Positions 40,534 to 54,441 of a stretch of 64,000 bases of DNA are shown in pieces (within the stretch, counting starts at the first letter, position 1; each line of letters begins with the position of its first letter). The notes under the pieces are model-generated. The model was not told the DNA's origin and did not search any database. It worked only from the letters and a program-made list of their open reading frames with translations. A program made the translations under genes and the position numbers. Source of the DNA: Octopus sinensis. Its lineage: Eukaryota. The stretch covers positions 8,091 to 72,090 of the forward strand of contig NW_021833584.1 in NCBI RefSeq assembly GCF_006345805.1. The letters are read 5' to 3'.

Positions 40534-41659
40534 GTGTGTATAAGAAATTAAAGAAGGAAAATTCACTCACTTTAGATAGTTTTAACATATTTTTAAATAT
40601 ATTTTATATTGTGTTTATCGACCGGTTTCGCTTTCGGTAATCATGACATCAAATTATTTTAATTACATATTTTCTTAAGAAGGCATTTTTGTGCATGTTA
40701 TATGTGCTGTTTATGAACGAATCAAATTATGATCGAAATTCCTCCTTTTTGTTCCTCCCTATATATATGTGTATGTATGTATGTATATACATATATATAT
40801 ATATGTATAATATATATATATATATGTGTGTGTATATATATATGTATATATGTATACCTATCTATATATACATACATCCATATATATATATATATTGTCT
40901 GTCGAATGGGAGCCTGAAACTCCGAGTAACCGCTTTTTGTGATAATGTTGCAGCTTTAATAGAAACATATTACTCTACCTGTGGTATTCGAGTACTATTT
41001 TACCAACGTGTCTTGTATTAGTAATTAACGACAGTTTTGTTTTTTATACTAAAACTGTTGTAATTTACATTAATCATCCACCAACCCAAAATATATTATG
41101 TCAGGATTTCACACAAATTCCGTTTTTCGAATTCTAGCAAGTCTGAACCAGAAGTCACATTGTTTGCGCAGCAGACGACTCTTAACATTAACAACACTGT
41201 CGCCTGGTTTTAAACGATGATGTAATGATTAGTGAATATGCTTGTTCTGTTGTTTTAAAAAGACAATTAAAGTGTTGGAATTATAATTAGTTCAACTAGA
41301 TTCAACAAGCGTTATGTTAAAACGAAATATTTTGTTTGATGGCAATTTAGCAGATGTTTAAAAAGAGTAGGCGAAGGATTACTCTATAACTATCAAAAAA
41401 ATATTTCAACAGGTTCCTCTGTCTACCTCTGTCTATGCATTGCATCTGTTTGTATCTCTCTCTCTTTCTGCCTCTCTCTCTCTTTCTGCCTCTCTCTCTC
41501 CCTCGTCTATCACAAAATATTAGCTTGTCTGAACGAAGCACTAGTTCAAAGGAAGACGCCATCCAAACGACTATTCTATTTTGCGATAGAAGAGAAAAAT
41601 TGAAAAAAAAAACACGAAGATAGAAAAAACAATCTTTCCACATTACAGCAAAAACAAAA

Positions 41660-41700
41660 TAATAATAACAATAGTAATAATAATAATAATAATAATAACA

Positions 41701-41743
<43 letters not shown>

Positions 41744-41802
41744 TAATAATAATAATATTAATGATAATAATAATAATAATAGTAGTAGTAATAGTAATAG
41801 TA

Positions 41803-41835
<33 letters not shown>

Positions 41836-42000
41836 TAATTATAATAATAGTAATAATATAATAATATAATAATAATAATAATTAATAATAATATTGATAA
41901 TAATAATAATAATGATAATAATAATAAAAATAATGATAATAATAATATAATAATAATAATAAGAATAATAATAGTAATAATACTAATAATAATAATAATG

Positions 42001-42033
<33 letters not shown>

Positions 42034-42061
42034 TATAATAATAATAATAATAATAATAATG

Positions 42062-42110
<49 letters not shown>

Positions 42111-42200
42111 TAATAATGATGATATTAATAATAATAATATTATAATAATAATAATAATAATAATAATAGTAATAATAAAAATGATAATAATAATAAATGC
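41660..42200. repeat. (AAT)n tract
   Basis: Visible directly. Confidence 0.95.
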
Positions 42201-42894
42201 AGAATATAAATACAACAGAAAAAAAATCAATGCAAAATAGGAAAATAACTCTAATTCTTCGATGGAAACATAATTTCGTTTGACAAAGAACATGGAAGGT
42301 TCAAAGAATTGCCATTCACCGCCTTCACATACAAATAAACACACACACACATATATACACATACATACATACACACACTCACAACACCACACACAGCAAA
42401 AAAAATACCATTTTCAATTAGGTCTAAACGTCTATGGACGCAGACATCAATCTAATAGATAAGCAATATATTTATTAGTATTGTTGTTGCTGTTGTTGTT
42501 GCTGTTGGTGGTGGTGGTGTTGTTGTTGTTGTTTTGTTCTTTGCAATATATTTTGCTATTTTTTTATCACCGGAATATTATTTTTTTTTATGTATTTGTG
42601 TTGTTGTCGTTTTACCTATTCTGTTATACTTCATTTTTTTTCACTGTACCACGCAAATAGGAAGATGTTTCAAAAAACAAAGCCGACAAAAGCAACAACA
42701 GCATCATCATCATCATCATCATCAACAACAACAATAACAAGAACAAGAAGAACAACAACAGCAACAACAACAACGAAAGCAGCAGCATTCTAACAGTGAA
42801 TAATGGCTCCTCTTCTCATTGCTGATGATGATGATGCTGTTGATGACGCTGTCAACGACCACGACTACGACAACGTTGACAACGGCCATAGGTA

Positions 42895-42909
42895 TGATAA
42901 TGATGAGTG

Positions 42910-42944
<35 letters not shown>

Positions 42945-43034
42945 AAGTATGATGATGATTATGATGATGGTGATGGTGATGATGATGATGATGATGAAGG
43001 TGATGAAGATGATAACTATTGTTAATGATGATGT

Positions 43035-43067
<33 letters not shown>

Positions 43068-43445
43068 GGATTAGGATGATGATGAGGATGATGATGATGA
43101 TAATGATGGTGATAATGGTGATGATGATGATGATGAGGAGGATGAGGAGGAGGAGGAGGATGAGGAGGAGGAGGATGATGATGATGATGATGATGAAGGT
43201 AATGATGATTATGATGATGATGATGATGAGGATGATGAGGATAAGGATGATGATGACGATGATAATGATGATGATGATGATGAGGATGATGATGATGATG
43301 ATGGTAGTGATGATGATGATAATGATGATGTTGATGATGATGATGGTGATAATGATGATGATGAAGGTGATAATGATGGTGATAATGATGATGATGATGA
43401 AGGTGATGATGATGATGATGATGATGGTTATGATGATGATAACTA
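42895..43445. repeat. (GAT)n/(GAG) tract
   Basis: Visible directly; poly-M/poly-D ORFs are artefacts. Confidence 0.95.
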
Positions 43446-43887
43446 TTGTAGTTTTATCGATGTTGATAACCATGTGGCTCCTGTTGCTGCTGCTGTTGCT
43501 ACTTCCACTTCTACTACTGCTGCTGCTGCCACTGCTGCTGTCATCTGTAGTCTCTGCTGTTGTTGCTTCAGCGTTACACGGGTTAACAAAATGTTTTTTT
43601 ATATATATATATGTATATAACAAGGATAAATCGTTTCATAGACACACATAATTAACCATTTTTGTTTTTTCCTTAAGCTATGAGTGAGTCCAGTTCTAAA
43701 AGGAAATAAAATACACAGATTTGCGAACAGACCGTAACCCACTCACTTTTATCGATGGCAACAACAAAAGACTCACGGCAATGATGATTCTTTATTGGCG
43801 GGAAGAACAAGACAAAACGTACGAAGGTTAATACATGGCATCATAAATAATGGACCAGCAAACAAATGGTAATATCTCTCTATTTCC

Positions 43888-43918
<31 letters not shown>

Positions 43919-43930
43919 TCATATATATAT

Positions 43931-43987
<57 letters not shown>

Positions 43988-44690
43988 TGCAAAAAAGGCA
44001 GAAATTCGTTATTTTCTGCCTTTTTTGCCATATACAGCTTACAATTCTGTTTGTTTGTGGAGACTTTTTACTAGTAGAGGAAATACTGACCAATTTTGGC
44101 TGCTATTTCTAATATTTTCGGTATGTGTTTGAGCAACTTGTTGCTTTTAACCCTTTATTATAATTATTATAACCCTTACCAAATATGGTCTTTTCCATAC
44201 CGACAAATCTACTAGGTGAAATTGATTAATTTTATTAATTAATTATATTCCCCCTTTATTGAATATATATATATATATGCATATATATATTTTAATACAT
44301 GTATATATATATAAATATATATATGTACATATATGGATATATATATATATATATAATATATTATATATATATATATATATATTATATATATGGCAAAAAA
44401 GGCAGAAATTCGTTATTTTCTTCTGCCTTTTTTTGCCACATACAGCTTACAAATTCTGTTTGTTTTGGAGACTTTTTACTAGTAGAGGAAATACTGACCA
44501 ATTTTGGCTGCTATTTCTAATATTTTCGGTATGTGGTTTTTGAGGCAACTTGTTGCTTTTAACCCTTAACCCTTTATTATATTATTATAACCCTTACCAA
44601 ATATGGTCTTTTCCATACCGACAAATCTACTAGGTGAAATTGATTAATTTTTTAAATTAATTATTTCCACCCTTTATTGAATATATATAT
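43988..44690. repeat. Tandem duplication of an about 290-bp unit (43988-44270, 44392-44690) starting with a 16-bp-stem hairpin
   Basis: Near-identical copies separated by a (TA) tract; gcaaaaaaggcagaaa-ttcgttat-tttctgccttttttgc at 43989-44028. Confidence 0.9.
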
Positions 44691-44749
44691 ATATGCATAT
44701 TATATTTATATACATGTATATATATTATAAAATATATATGTACATATAT

Positions 44750-44801
<52 letters not shown>

Positions 44802-44816
44802 GCACACACACCCATA

Positions 44817-44875
<59 letters not shown>

Positions 44876-45402
44876 CATATATGTATGCTATGTAGCTATG
44901 TATATAGAGAGAGACAGTAAAAAGACTTTCAGTGATGACCAAAACACACCTGGTTTGTTTTGCTTTTTTAAGCGGTCACCTTATTTAAACCAGTTCTGTC
45001 ACAATGATAAAGGAAAAAATAATTAAATATATAAATGAATGGTGAATAGGAAGGTGGATATCCCATCTCTCTCTCTCTTTCCCTCTACCCATCTAGCTGA
45101 CTATCTATCTGTCTATCAGCCTATCTCCCTACCTATCTTTCTATCTCTCGATCTCCATTGTCTAGGAACCTCACACCCCAAAAAAACAAAACAATGTTCT
45201 CTTCTAAACAAAACCCCGCAAAACATCTGTTTTATATAAATGAACAAACTGTTTGTACATTCAAAAAAATTGTATTTGAAGTTCTAGAGAAGAACGAAAG
45301 CGATATTAATAATAATAATGAAGAAGAAAAAAAGGATATTTTCCAAAATTCTGACGACTGTTTTTCTCAATATTCCCTTATATACATCACACCTAACATT
45401 CT

Positions 45403-46037
45403 ATACATACATACATACATACATACATACATACATACATACATACGTGCATTATGGCTGTCCCCTCGTTATCGAGTATGGCCATTGCACGAAGCTTAAC
45501 TGTTACTGGTGCTGTGATCGAATGTGACTTTTTAGCCCAGCTAAATATCTACAATGTCTTGTACAAAATTGGCAACTAAAACCTTTACTGGTAATAGCCG
45601 GCTGTAGTTGTAACTGGGTTTCATGTACCTTTGCATGTTGTTTAAGTCCTCCTGCCGAATTACACTCTCTTCCACATACCCGACAGATATGATTAGTACG
45701 GTGTGTTACACCACCACCAGTGGCCAGGTTGTCACTCATCTGTCTCGTTTTATGACTAAGAAGATGACTCGTGAGTCCAGCTTTACTGAGGCAGTGTCTT
45801 GCACAGACATTGCATGTCAGAATCAAAGGAAGACCCTTCCCTTCTGGAAGTGTAACATCGATGCCCTTCCTGACATCCCTCCTTACTTTCTCATGTGCAA
45901 CTCGAGATTTCTCAAACGTGGCTGTCCCCTCATGCACAATCCTTCTCCACCTGCTACGATCAGTAGCTATGCCTTCCCATGTGTCAGGAGAGATGCAAGC
46001 ATCTCTTAAGGAAGCCTTCAGCAAGTCCTTATACCTG
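45403..46037 (-). mobile_element. RTE-clade LINE 3' end (open frame 45503-46036 with three C2H2 fingers, short 3'UTR, (TATG)n tail)
   Basis: RYKDLLKASLRDACISPDTWEGIATDRSRWRRIVHEG is the conserved RTE post-RT motif; three C-x2-C-x12-H-x3/4-H fingers; 3'UTR hairpin ctcg-ataa-cgag; (TATG)n at both ends. Confidence 0.88.
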
Positions 46038-46598
46038 CATACATACATACATACATTGCAATTTCAAGCCTTTAGCGATGATATTGACCCGTTTCCGGTA
46101 GCGTCAACTGCGAACAGTTGCTGGTAATAATGAGGGAACGTTGAGGACAGAAGAAAAGAAACACGACACAAATGTGAATATACAAACAAAATAAAGGCCA
46201 TGGAGCTAGGGGACAAGAAAAGGCGCGTGTATAAGTAACGCTATGGCAAATCTCCTATCGGACTGGAACCGGAAAGTCGAGAGATGGAAAGATAGAATGA
46301 CAGGTGTAAAAACCCAAATTCTTTTATACACCCGGCCCAATGTTTATATATATAAATTTATAAATAAGGATAATATCGATATTTAAATATCGGTATTATC
46401 AAGTGGCCAGCATAGGAATAAATACCATACAAAGGTAATAATTTTTTTTTACAACTAAAAATAAGGGTGTCTGAGAGACACCACCATGCCGAAATAGCAG
46501 CCAAATCCCTGACTCTAAGAACCACCTTAAATGTTCATATCGCACCATCAGATAAGACAGAGGGACAAAATAGACTAGCAATAAGATATTACTGAATA

Positions 46599-46657
46599 AT
46601 TCAATATCCTGGATTTCTAGCTTTGCTTTAAATAAGCTCTGCCTTCATCAGTTGAAT
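46599..46657 (-). ncRNA. Type-I hammerhead ribozyme motif with intact core
   Basis: AUUCAA CUGAUGA A GGC...GCU A GAAA UCC-A-GGA UA UUGAAU: 6-bp stem I, near-palindromic stem III, AUA triplet. Confidence 0.72.
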
Positions 46658-46745
46658 ATATCAGATTGGCACATAAACAAAAATATATATATATATACAG
46701 AACAAACGTTTACTTACATATACGATATATATATATATACATATA

Positions 46746-46817
<72 letters not shown>

Positions 46818-47357
46818 ATATATATTTATGTATGCATATCTACATACGTAAACGTACATACTTACATGAATACGTATACATATATGCATATGTGGGAACA
46901 GGACGTCACAAAACGCAAGCAACAAAAGATACGAAGTACGAGGACATGGAATATGAACTCTTTTTGCGAACAATGAAAGAAACAAATGGAAAACAAGACA
47001 AGCTACAGAAAGGACGACCCTTCATCAGTTGTCGGTTGTTTTTATTATCCGTATTTCGAGCAATTCCCGACAAGATACGCCTTCGATAAAACAATTGCTC
47101 CCGCAAAGCAAATTAAATCAATTTTGGTATTTTGCGAGAGGGTCAAAATTGGTGACAAAATCAGGACAATGAAAACAAACAGGAAGGGCTGCTAGACAGG
47201 AGACAGAGAAGAATACGTCTTCCTTGTCCAGCTGCAACAAGAAGAAAGAATGAGACACAAGTTAGAAGAAAGAAAAATGGTCGATATATATATATATGTG
47301 TGTGTGTGTTGTTTGAGTGTGTGTATTGATGCATATGTATATATATAATAATATATA

Positions 47358-47435
<78 letters not shown>

Positions 47436-47655
47436 CGATGGTGAATGAATTATCCTATGTTACCGTCAACATGGGAAATTCGATGAACCGATACCAGGGT
47501 AGCAAATTCACGACAGAAACACGGTTGAAGCGACCTATCCAGAGGTAGAAACTCCTGGTTTCTTTCTTTTTGGAATAAAACCATGTTGTCTTCGAAACAT
47601 ATGTCGAAAGTAAAGGAATTTTGTAACATCTTCGTTCAACTCCATTTATTTATTT

Positions 47656-47704
<49 letters not shown>

Positions 47705-48518
47705 TATATATATATGTATAAAACCATCTAGGTAACATACTTAATGTAGGTATGTCCCGCTGAAAAATGTAAATTAACTGTATTATTTGTCTGGAGATAA
47801 TATCTCTTATGGACACACATACATATGTATCAGCAGCAGACGAATATGCTGGATGGTCATTTCTGAAGCGATTGGGTTCGTCAGTAAAAATTATGTCTGC
47901 CTGTGTATTTATGCATATATTCACATATTGTTAGATTGTTTTTTCTTAAAACATTTAACGTAAAGCGAGAGATTTTTCTCCACAGTAAACTGCAGTCAAA
48001 CAACATTTACTCTTTACAAAATATAACATGTCTCAATCATATTTGATCTGTTATGAAGTTTATTATTTGGGACGTAAGTCTAGAGAGGGCGCGGGCCAAA
48101 ACTACACGCCCTTGCCCTCCATTGGTTAGCTGAAGCTTAGATCGTGCCACGTGACAGTTAGATGACAGTGGCTGCTGGAGACTGTTGTCGAGTATTTAAT
48201 GCAAAATTTGGCAGGGCCGTTATTTGTATGCTTACATTCGTTGATGCTGCATCGAAGAAACCAAATAACAAAAGGTTAAAAAAAACAGAAGAAAAAGGGA
48301 CTCAAACCCAGAGTCGATTTGCTCGAGTTAAGGCGGTGCTCCAGCATGGCAGCTGTCAAATGACTGAAACAAATAAAAGAATGTATGTCTATGTATATAT
48401 ATGTATATATATATATATATATATACATAGAAGGAAATTATATATATATATACATAGACGCCATGATAGATCGTTAGCCACTACACACATTTTTTCGCTC
48501 CTTGTTTTTTCGGTGTCC

Positions 48519-48554
48519 CTTTCTGTTGAAGAGCGTAGGCTCGAAACGTAAAAG
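48519..48554 (+). ncRNA. Hammerhead-like motif with A6U core change
   Basis: CUUU CUGUUGA A GAGC-GUAG-GCUC GAAA CG UA AAAG. Confidence 0.5.
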
Positions 48555-48671
48555 ACTTTTTCAATTCCCGAGCGTTATACTAATACATCTGTTTGTTTTG
48601 TACACCACCTGTCGTCGTCTTTTGTTTTTTCGTAAACTCTCCCTATATATACACATTTTTTTTTTTTTTTT

Positions 48672-48810
48672 ACTTGTTTCAGTCATTTGACTGCGGCCAT
48701 GCTGGAGCACCACCTTTTAGTCGAGCAAATCGACCCTGGGACTTATTCTTTGTAAGCCAGGTACTTATTCTATCGGTCTCTTTTGCCGAACCGTTAAGTG
48801 ACGTACATAC
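48672..48810 (-). mobile_element. SINE-A 3' tail
   Basis: ttgtttcagtcatttgactgcggccatgctggagcaccacc...cttattctatcggtctcttttgccgaaccg. Confidence 0.8.
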
Positions 48811-49480
48811 ATATATACATATATATGTTTGAAAAATTGAATAAAAACGCTCAGGGTTCGCTTTTGTCATCCATAGATCGTAGACATCCATTATCCGATG
48901 TTAAACCCAATAATGAATGCCTTACCATCCGAACGATGCATCAACCTGAATCGAATGGCTTTCAACATAAAACGCAAATTCACAAAAGAATTGCTGGGTC
49001 CGTGATGATCGGAAAAGGCACTTACACAAGATTCCGCGCAGTGTCTTTGAACCAAGGTATTGTCCAAGCACAGCTGAATCAAAAACACTACGCGGCTTCA
49101 GAGTGATTATTTTTCAGCAAATGCGATACCATGTATTATGTAGCCTGATAATTTGTAGCAATTAAGTTGACCTGGAAAAAAATCTCCTCCGTCGGCAGAC
49201 TTTGGTAATTGCAACGTTGCAACTTAGATTTGGTGACTGAACACTCTTATCCATTAATAAAGCATATTATTGACGTGAAATATTCGAGATACCGCTGGTT
49301 TCATAGCACAATCTAACTCCGCACCACCCGTTCGCTCCATCCGCTTTCCCCCGCTCTTTCTCTCTCTCTCTCGCTCTCTCTTTCTCTCTCTGTACTGTTG
49401 TCTATTTCCCTCTTTCTCACTCTCTGTCAGTCTCTCTATTTACTAGATCCTGTCTCTATCATTTGTCTCTGTACATATAT

Positions 49481-49523
<43 letters not shown>

Positions 49524-49578
49524 TATATACATATATATATATAATATATATATATACATATATATATACATATATATC

Positions 49579-49609
<31 letters not shown>

Positions 49610-49616
49610 TATATAC

Positions 49617-49649
<33 letters not shown>

Positions 49650-49714
49650 GATACATATATATATATATACATGTATATACATATACATATATATATATAT
49701 ACATATATGTATAC

Positions 49715-49745
<31 letters not shown>

Positions 49746-49767
49746 CATATATTATACATGTATATAC

Positions 49768-49810
<43 letters not shown>

Positions 49811-49833
49811 TACATATATGTATACATATATAT

Positions 49834-49870
<37 letters not shown>

Positions 49871-50010
49871 GTATACATGCATATGTGTATGTGTGTCTCG
49901 CCTACGCTCTAAACCCTTCCTATATACATACTTCCCTCCATCCCTCTGTCTCAATTTTTTTTTTCTATCTTCTACTCCTTTCCATCTTTGCGTCTGTGCA
50001 ACAATAGCTT

Positions 50011-50053
<43 letters not shown>

Positions 50054-50534
50054 CCTCTTCCTCTCTCTCTCTCTCTTTCTTTCTCCCAGTAACAAACTAC
50101 CCCATTATTGTAATTATTACTTGTTTAGCTGCAGACAGCACGTAGAATTTTAGCAGAAGTAAATTAAATACTTGGAGTAGAATAATTCTTTTCAATGACT
50201 CGATTTTCATAATTAGTCGGAACCATTCGTCTTCAAATTTAGTTTCAAATATTCCTAGCGGAGAATTTCATAGCCATTCTTCACGTCTTCATACCTGGTT
50301 TTCTTCTTCTTTTTCTTTTGGTTCCTGTTTTCTTTTTCTTTTCATTTTTGTCTTTTTTTGGGGGGTGGTTTTGTTTTGAGCAACTGGAATAAACAAAAGG
50401 AAAGATAAACAGAAAGAAAAAAGAAATAGAAACAAAAAAAAAAACTAATATAATTATTCCGCTTTTCTTCTTACTTTTCGAGATAAGAGAATGAAACCTA
50501 ATTCCTTGATAGAGCAGTTTCTGAAAATCAGCAT

Positions 50535-50650
50535 CAACCTCATCATCATCATCGTCAACACCGTCATCGTTATTATTATTATTATTATCATCATCATTAT
50601 TGTTATTATTATTATTATTATTATTATCCCATCATCATTATTGTTATCAA

Positions 50651-50717
<67 letters not shown>

Positions 50718-50739
50718 TATTTTATTATTATTATTGTTA

Positions 50740-50772
<33 letters not shown>

Positions 50773-51131
50773 CATCATCATAATTGTTATTATTATTACT
50801 ATTATTATTATCACCATCATCATTATTGTTATCAATATTATTTTATTATTATCATCATCATCATCATCATCATCATCATCGTTATTATTATTATTATTAT
50901 TATTATATTATTATTATTATTATTCATCATCATAATTGTTATTATTATTACTATTATTATTATTACCACCATCATTATTGTTATCAATATTATATTATTA
51001 TTATTATTATATCATCATCACATCATCATCATCTTATTGTTGTTATTATTATATTATTATTATTATTATTATTATATTATTATTTTATTATTATTACTAT
51101 TATTATTATTATTAGTATTACTATTATTATA

Positions 51132-51168
<37 letters not shown>

Positions 51169-51200
51169 TATTATTATTACTATTTTTATATTAGTATTAC

Positions 51201-51241
<41 letters not shown>

Positions 51242-51280
51242 TTTTTATTATTATTATTACTATTATTATTATTAGTATAC

Positions 51281-51314
<34 letters not shown>

Positions 51315-51373
51315 TATTATTATTTTATTATTACTTTATTATTATTATTAGTATTACTATATTATTATTATTA

Positions 51374-51407
<34 letters not shown>

Positions 51408-51635
51408 TATTATATTACTATTATTATTATTATTATTTGTCTATCTTGTTATCACTTGCCAAACGAAAACAAAATGCAAAAACAAAAAAAAATAGATAAA
51501 TAAAGCAAGCAAAAACCGGGAAAAATACAAAAAAAAATACAAACAAAAATATGCAGTAAAACAAAAACGCTAAAAAACAATAATACTTTAGAGTGCAGTC
51601 TGTTTTAGCTATTTCATTAATGGAGCTTACGTATC

Positions 51636-51678
<43 letters not shown>

Positions 51679-51851
51679 TATTATTAAGAAGAGCAAATAG
51701 CAACAACAGCAACAATAATGACAACAAGCAGACAACTGCAAGAACAAACAGGACATTAAGAAGGTAAACCCAATTCTTATTTCTTCGAAGATAACACGAA
51801 TGAGATTCAACAAGGAAATATTGGAGGATATTATTATTATCATTATTATTA

Positions 51852-51936
<85 letters not shown>

Positions 51937-51962
51937 CATTATTATTATTGTTATTATTATTA

Positions 51963-51995
<33 letters not shown>

Positions 51996-52090
51996 CATCA
52001 TAATTGTTATTATTACTATTTTATTATTATTATTATTATTATTATATTATATTCATCATCACATCATCATCATCATCGTTATTATTATTA

Positions 52091-52142
<52 letters not shown>

Positions 52143-52167
52143 TTATTATTATCATTATATTATATTA

Positions 52168-52199
<32 letters not shown>

Positions 52200-52337
52200 T
52201 TATTATTATTATTATTATCATTATTATTATTGTTATTATTATTATTGTTATTATTATTTATTATTATTATTATTATTATCATTATTATTATTGTTATTAT
52301 TATTATTATTATATTATTATTATTATCATTATTATTA

Positions 52338-52413
<76 letters not shown>

Positions 52414-52424
52414 CATTATTATTA

Positions 52425-52462
<38 letters not shown>

Positions 52463-52490
52463 GTTATTATTATTATTATCACTATCGGCG
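50535..52490. repeat. Two long (ATT)n/(ATC)n tracts with higher-order sub-repeats, split by about 400 bp of other sequence
   Basis: Blocks such as catcataattgttattattactatt recur in both tracts. Confidence 0.9.
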
Positions 52491-52767
52491 TTTGTTTTTA
52501 TCGTGATGTTGTTGTTTTTAGGTAACGAACAAACGTGTATGCCAGAGTTCCGGGAGAAGTTTTAACCGGATTAACGTATGAAAAACAAAGTTACTTTTTT
52601 TGTTGTTGTTTTTGTTTGTTTTTGTTTGTTTTTTTGTTTTTTTCCATTCCTTTTCACTTGGTTCCAATTTTTATTTGCAGACTGTGTTCTGCTTGTTTGA
52701 GGTTCCATCCCATTACCAACAATAAAATAAATGTTTGTTCTTTAGACAATTCTAACTTCCACCTTCC

Positions 52768-52804
<37 letters not shown>

Positions 52805-52843
52805 AAATTATATATATATATATAATATATCTATATATATATC

Positions 52844-52972
<129 letters not shown>

Positions 52973-54171
52973 ATATGTAAGTATGTATGTATATTGACAA
53001 ATAACCATTCGCTATATTACATGAATTGCAAGATGGCCACGGTGATGGAAAACGATGGCTTCAGTTGAATAAATAAACACTACTCCAACCTACTTTGAAT
53101 CAGCCAAAGTAAAATCATTTTAAAAAGCAACAGAAGAAAGCGAAATTTTTATGCACTCTATAAAAACATAAATACATGAAATAAACGTCTGTTTTATATG
53201 TTTATAATTGTGTAATGAAAGTCACAAAAATATGTTAGAATCATTCTTTTGTATGGAAAATGTAATGCGAAAACAACGACAACATAACCATCAATAACAA
53301 CATTCCGCCAATTAGTAACGCTGTGGGTTAAAACATAGAACTTGGCTTGAGTCTGCAGAAGAAAAAAGTGAAGCTGTGGTTAAGTTACGCCAGACGTGCC
53401 AGAAGCCAGTACCTCTCTACCTGACGTCTTTCAAAATGGAACGTGTTTAAAGGAAGGTAACGTAACTGTTTGTTTTTCTTTTTTTTTGCTTTCAAATAAA
53501 ATTGGCGGTAAAATCCATGTGACGTCAAAATTTTGTTGTAGGAAGCTTTAACTAATGAGTTTCCGTTGTGTATCATCTCAACCAGAACAGAGTCTAGATG
53601 GGTGCTTTAGGAGTTTAAGAGTCAGATTCAACCAAGGATATGTGTGAACTATGGCGTTCTGTATCATGAGACAGACTGGAGCTGCAAAACATGAGACTCA
53701 GAATTACAAGGTTCGCGGCAAGAGATACTTAGATGGTTAACTCTTGGCTTGGCTTGGTGTTAGATTTGCGTAACAATTCTGGTATGTGGAGAACACGCAG
53801 ATGATGCGTTTCCTCGAAGAGGGTTTCTATTGTATTCCAAATCGTGACGACACGTGAAGAACATTTAACGAGTAGAAGTCATGTTAAGCAGACATGTTAC
53901 AAGATGGAGAAACCCATTAGCAATGTGTGTTAATATAAGTCACATAAAGTTGGGGTCTGGCACTTAGTAGAAAAGGAAAAGCAATAGAACATGTGGGTTG
54001 TAACAGCAGCAGCAACAGTAGAGTTCAATGGTTACTAGCAGGACTGCAACTACAGCTGCTTCGGGTGTAATGAATCCCTGCTCTAAGAAGAGCCTGAGCA
54101 GAGCAAACGTAATCGTCTCAGATTTATTTTTAGTAGCACTAAAACCTTTCGCTGACAAAGAATCCCAAGAA

Positions 54172-54441
54172 TAAGGCGGCGAGCTGGCCGAGGTCGACTT
54201 TGCGTTTCATACTTTCGGGGTCGATTAAACAAGTACCAGTTACTCACTGGGGTCGATATAATCGACTTAATCCGTTTGTCTGTCCTTGTTTGTCCTCTCT
54301 GTGTCTAGCGTTACTGGTACTTAATAAAGAATGAAAGGCAAAGTCGACCTCGGCGGAATTTGAACTCAGAACGTAGCGACGGGCGAAATACCGCGAAGCA
54401 CGTCGCCCGGCGTGCTAACGTTTCTGCCAGCTCGCCGCCTT
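54172..54441. mobile_element. Tail-to-tail SINE-B pair (plus copy internally deleted; minus copy 3'-truncated)
   Basis: Starts taaggcggcgagctggc and ends gccagctcgccgcctta. Confidence 0.85.

Noticed and set aside
47010-47065. Minus-strand GAAA...CUGAUGA order suggesting a type-II hammerhead
   Set aside because: No convincing stem I hairpin, and stem II needs two wobble pairs.
48820-49106. About 90-aa non-repetitive ORF (MFEKLNKNAQG...)
   Set aside because: No recognisable motif or splice context; an ORF of this length can arise by chance.
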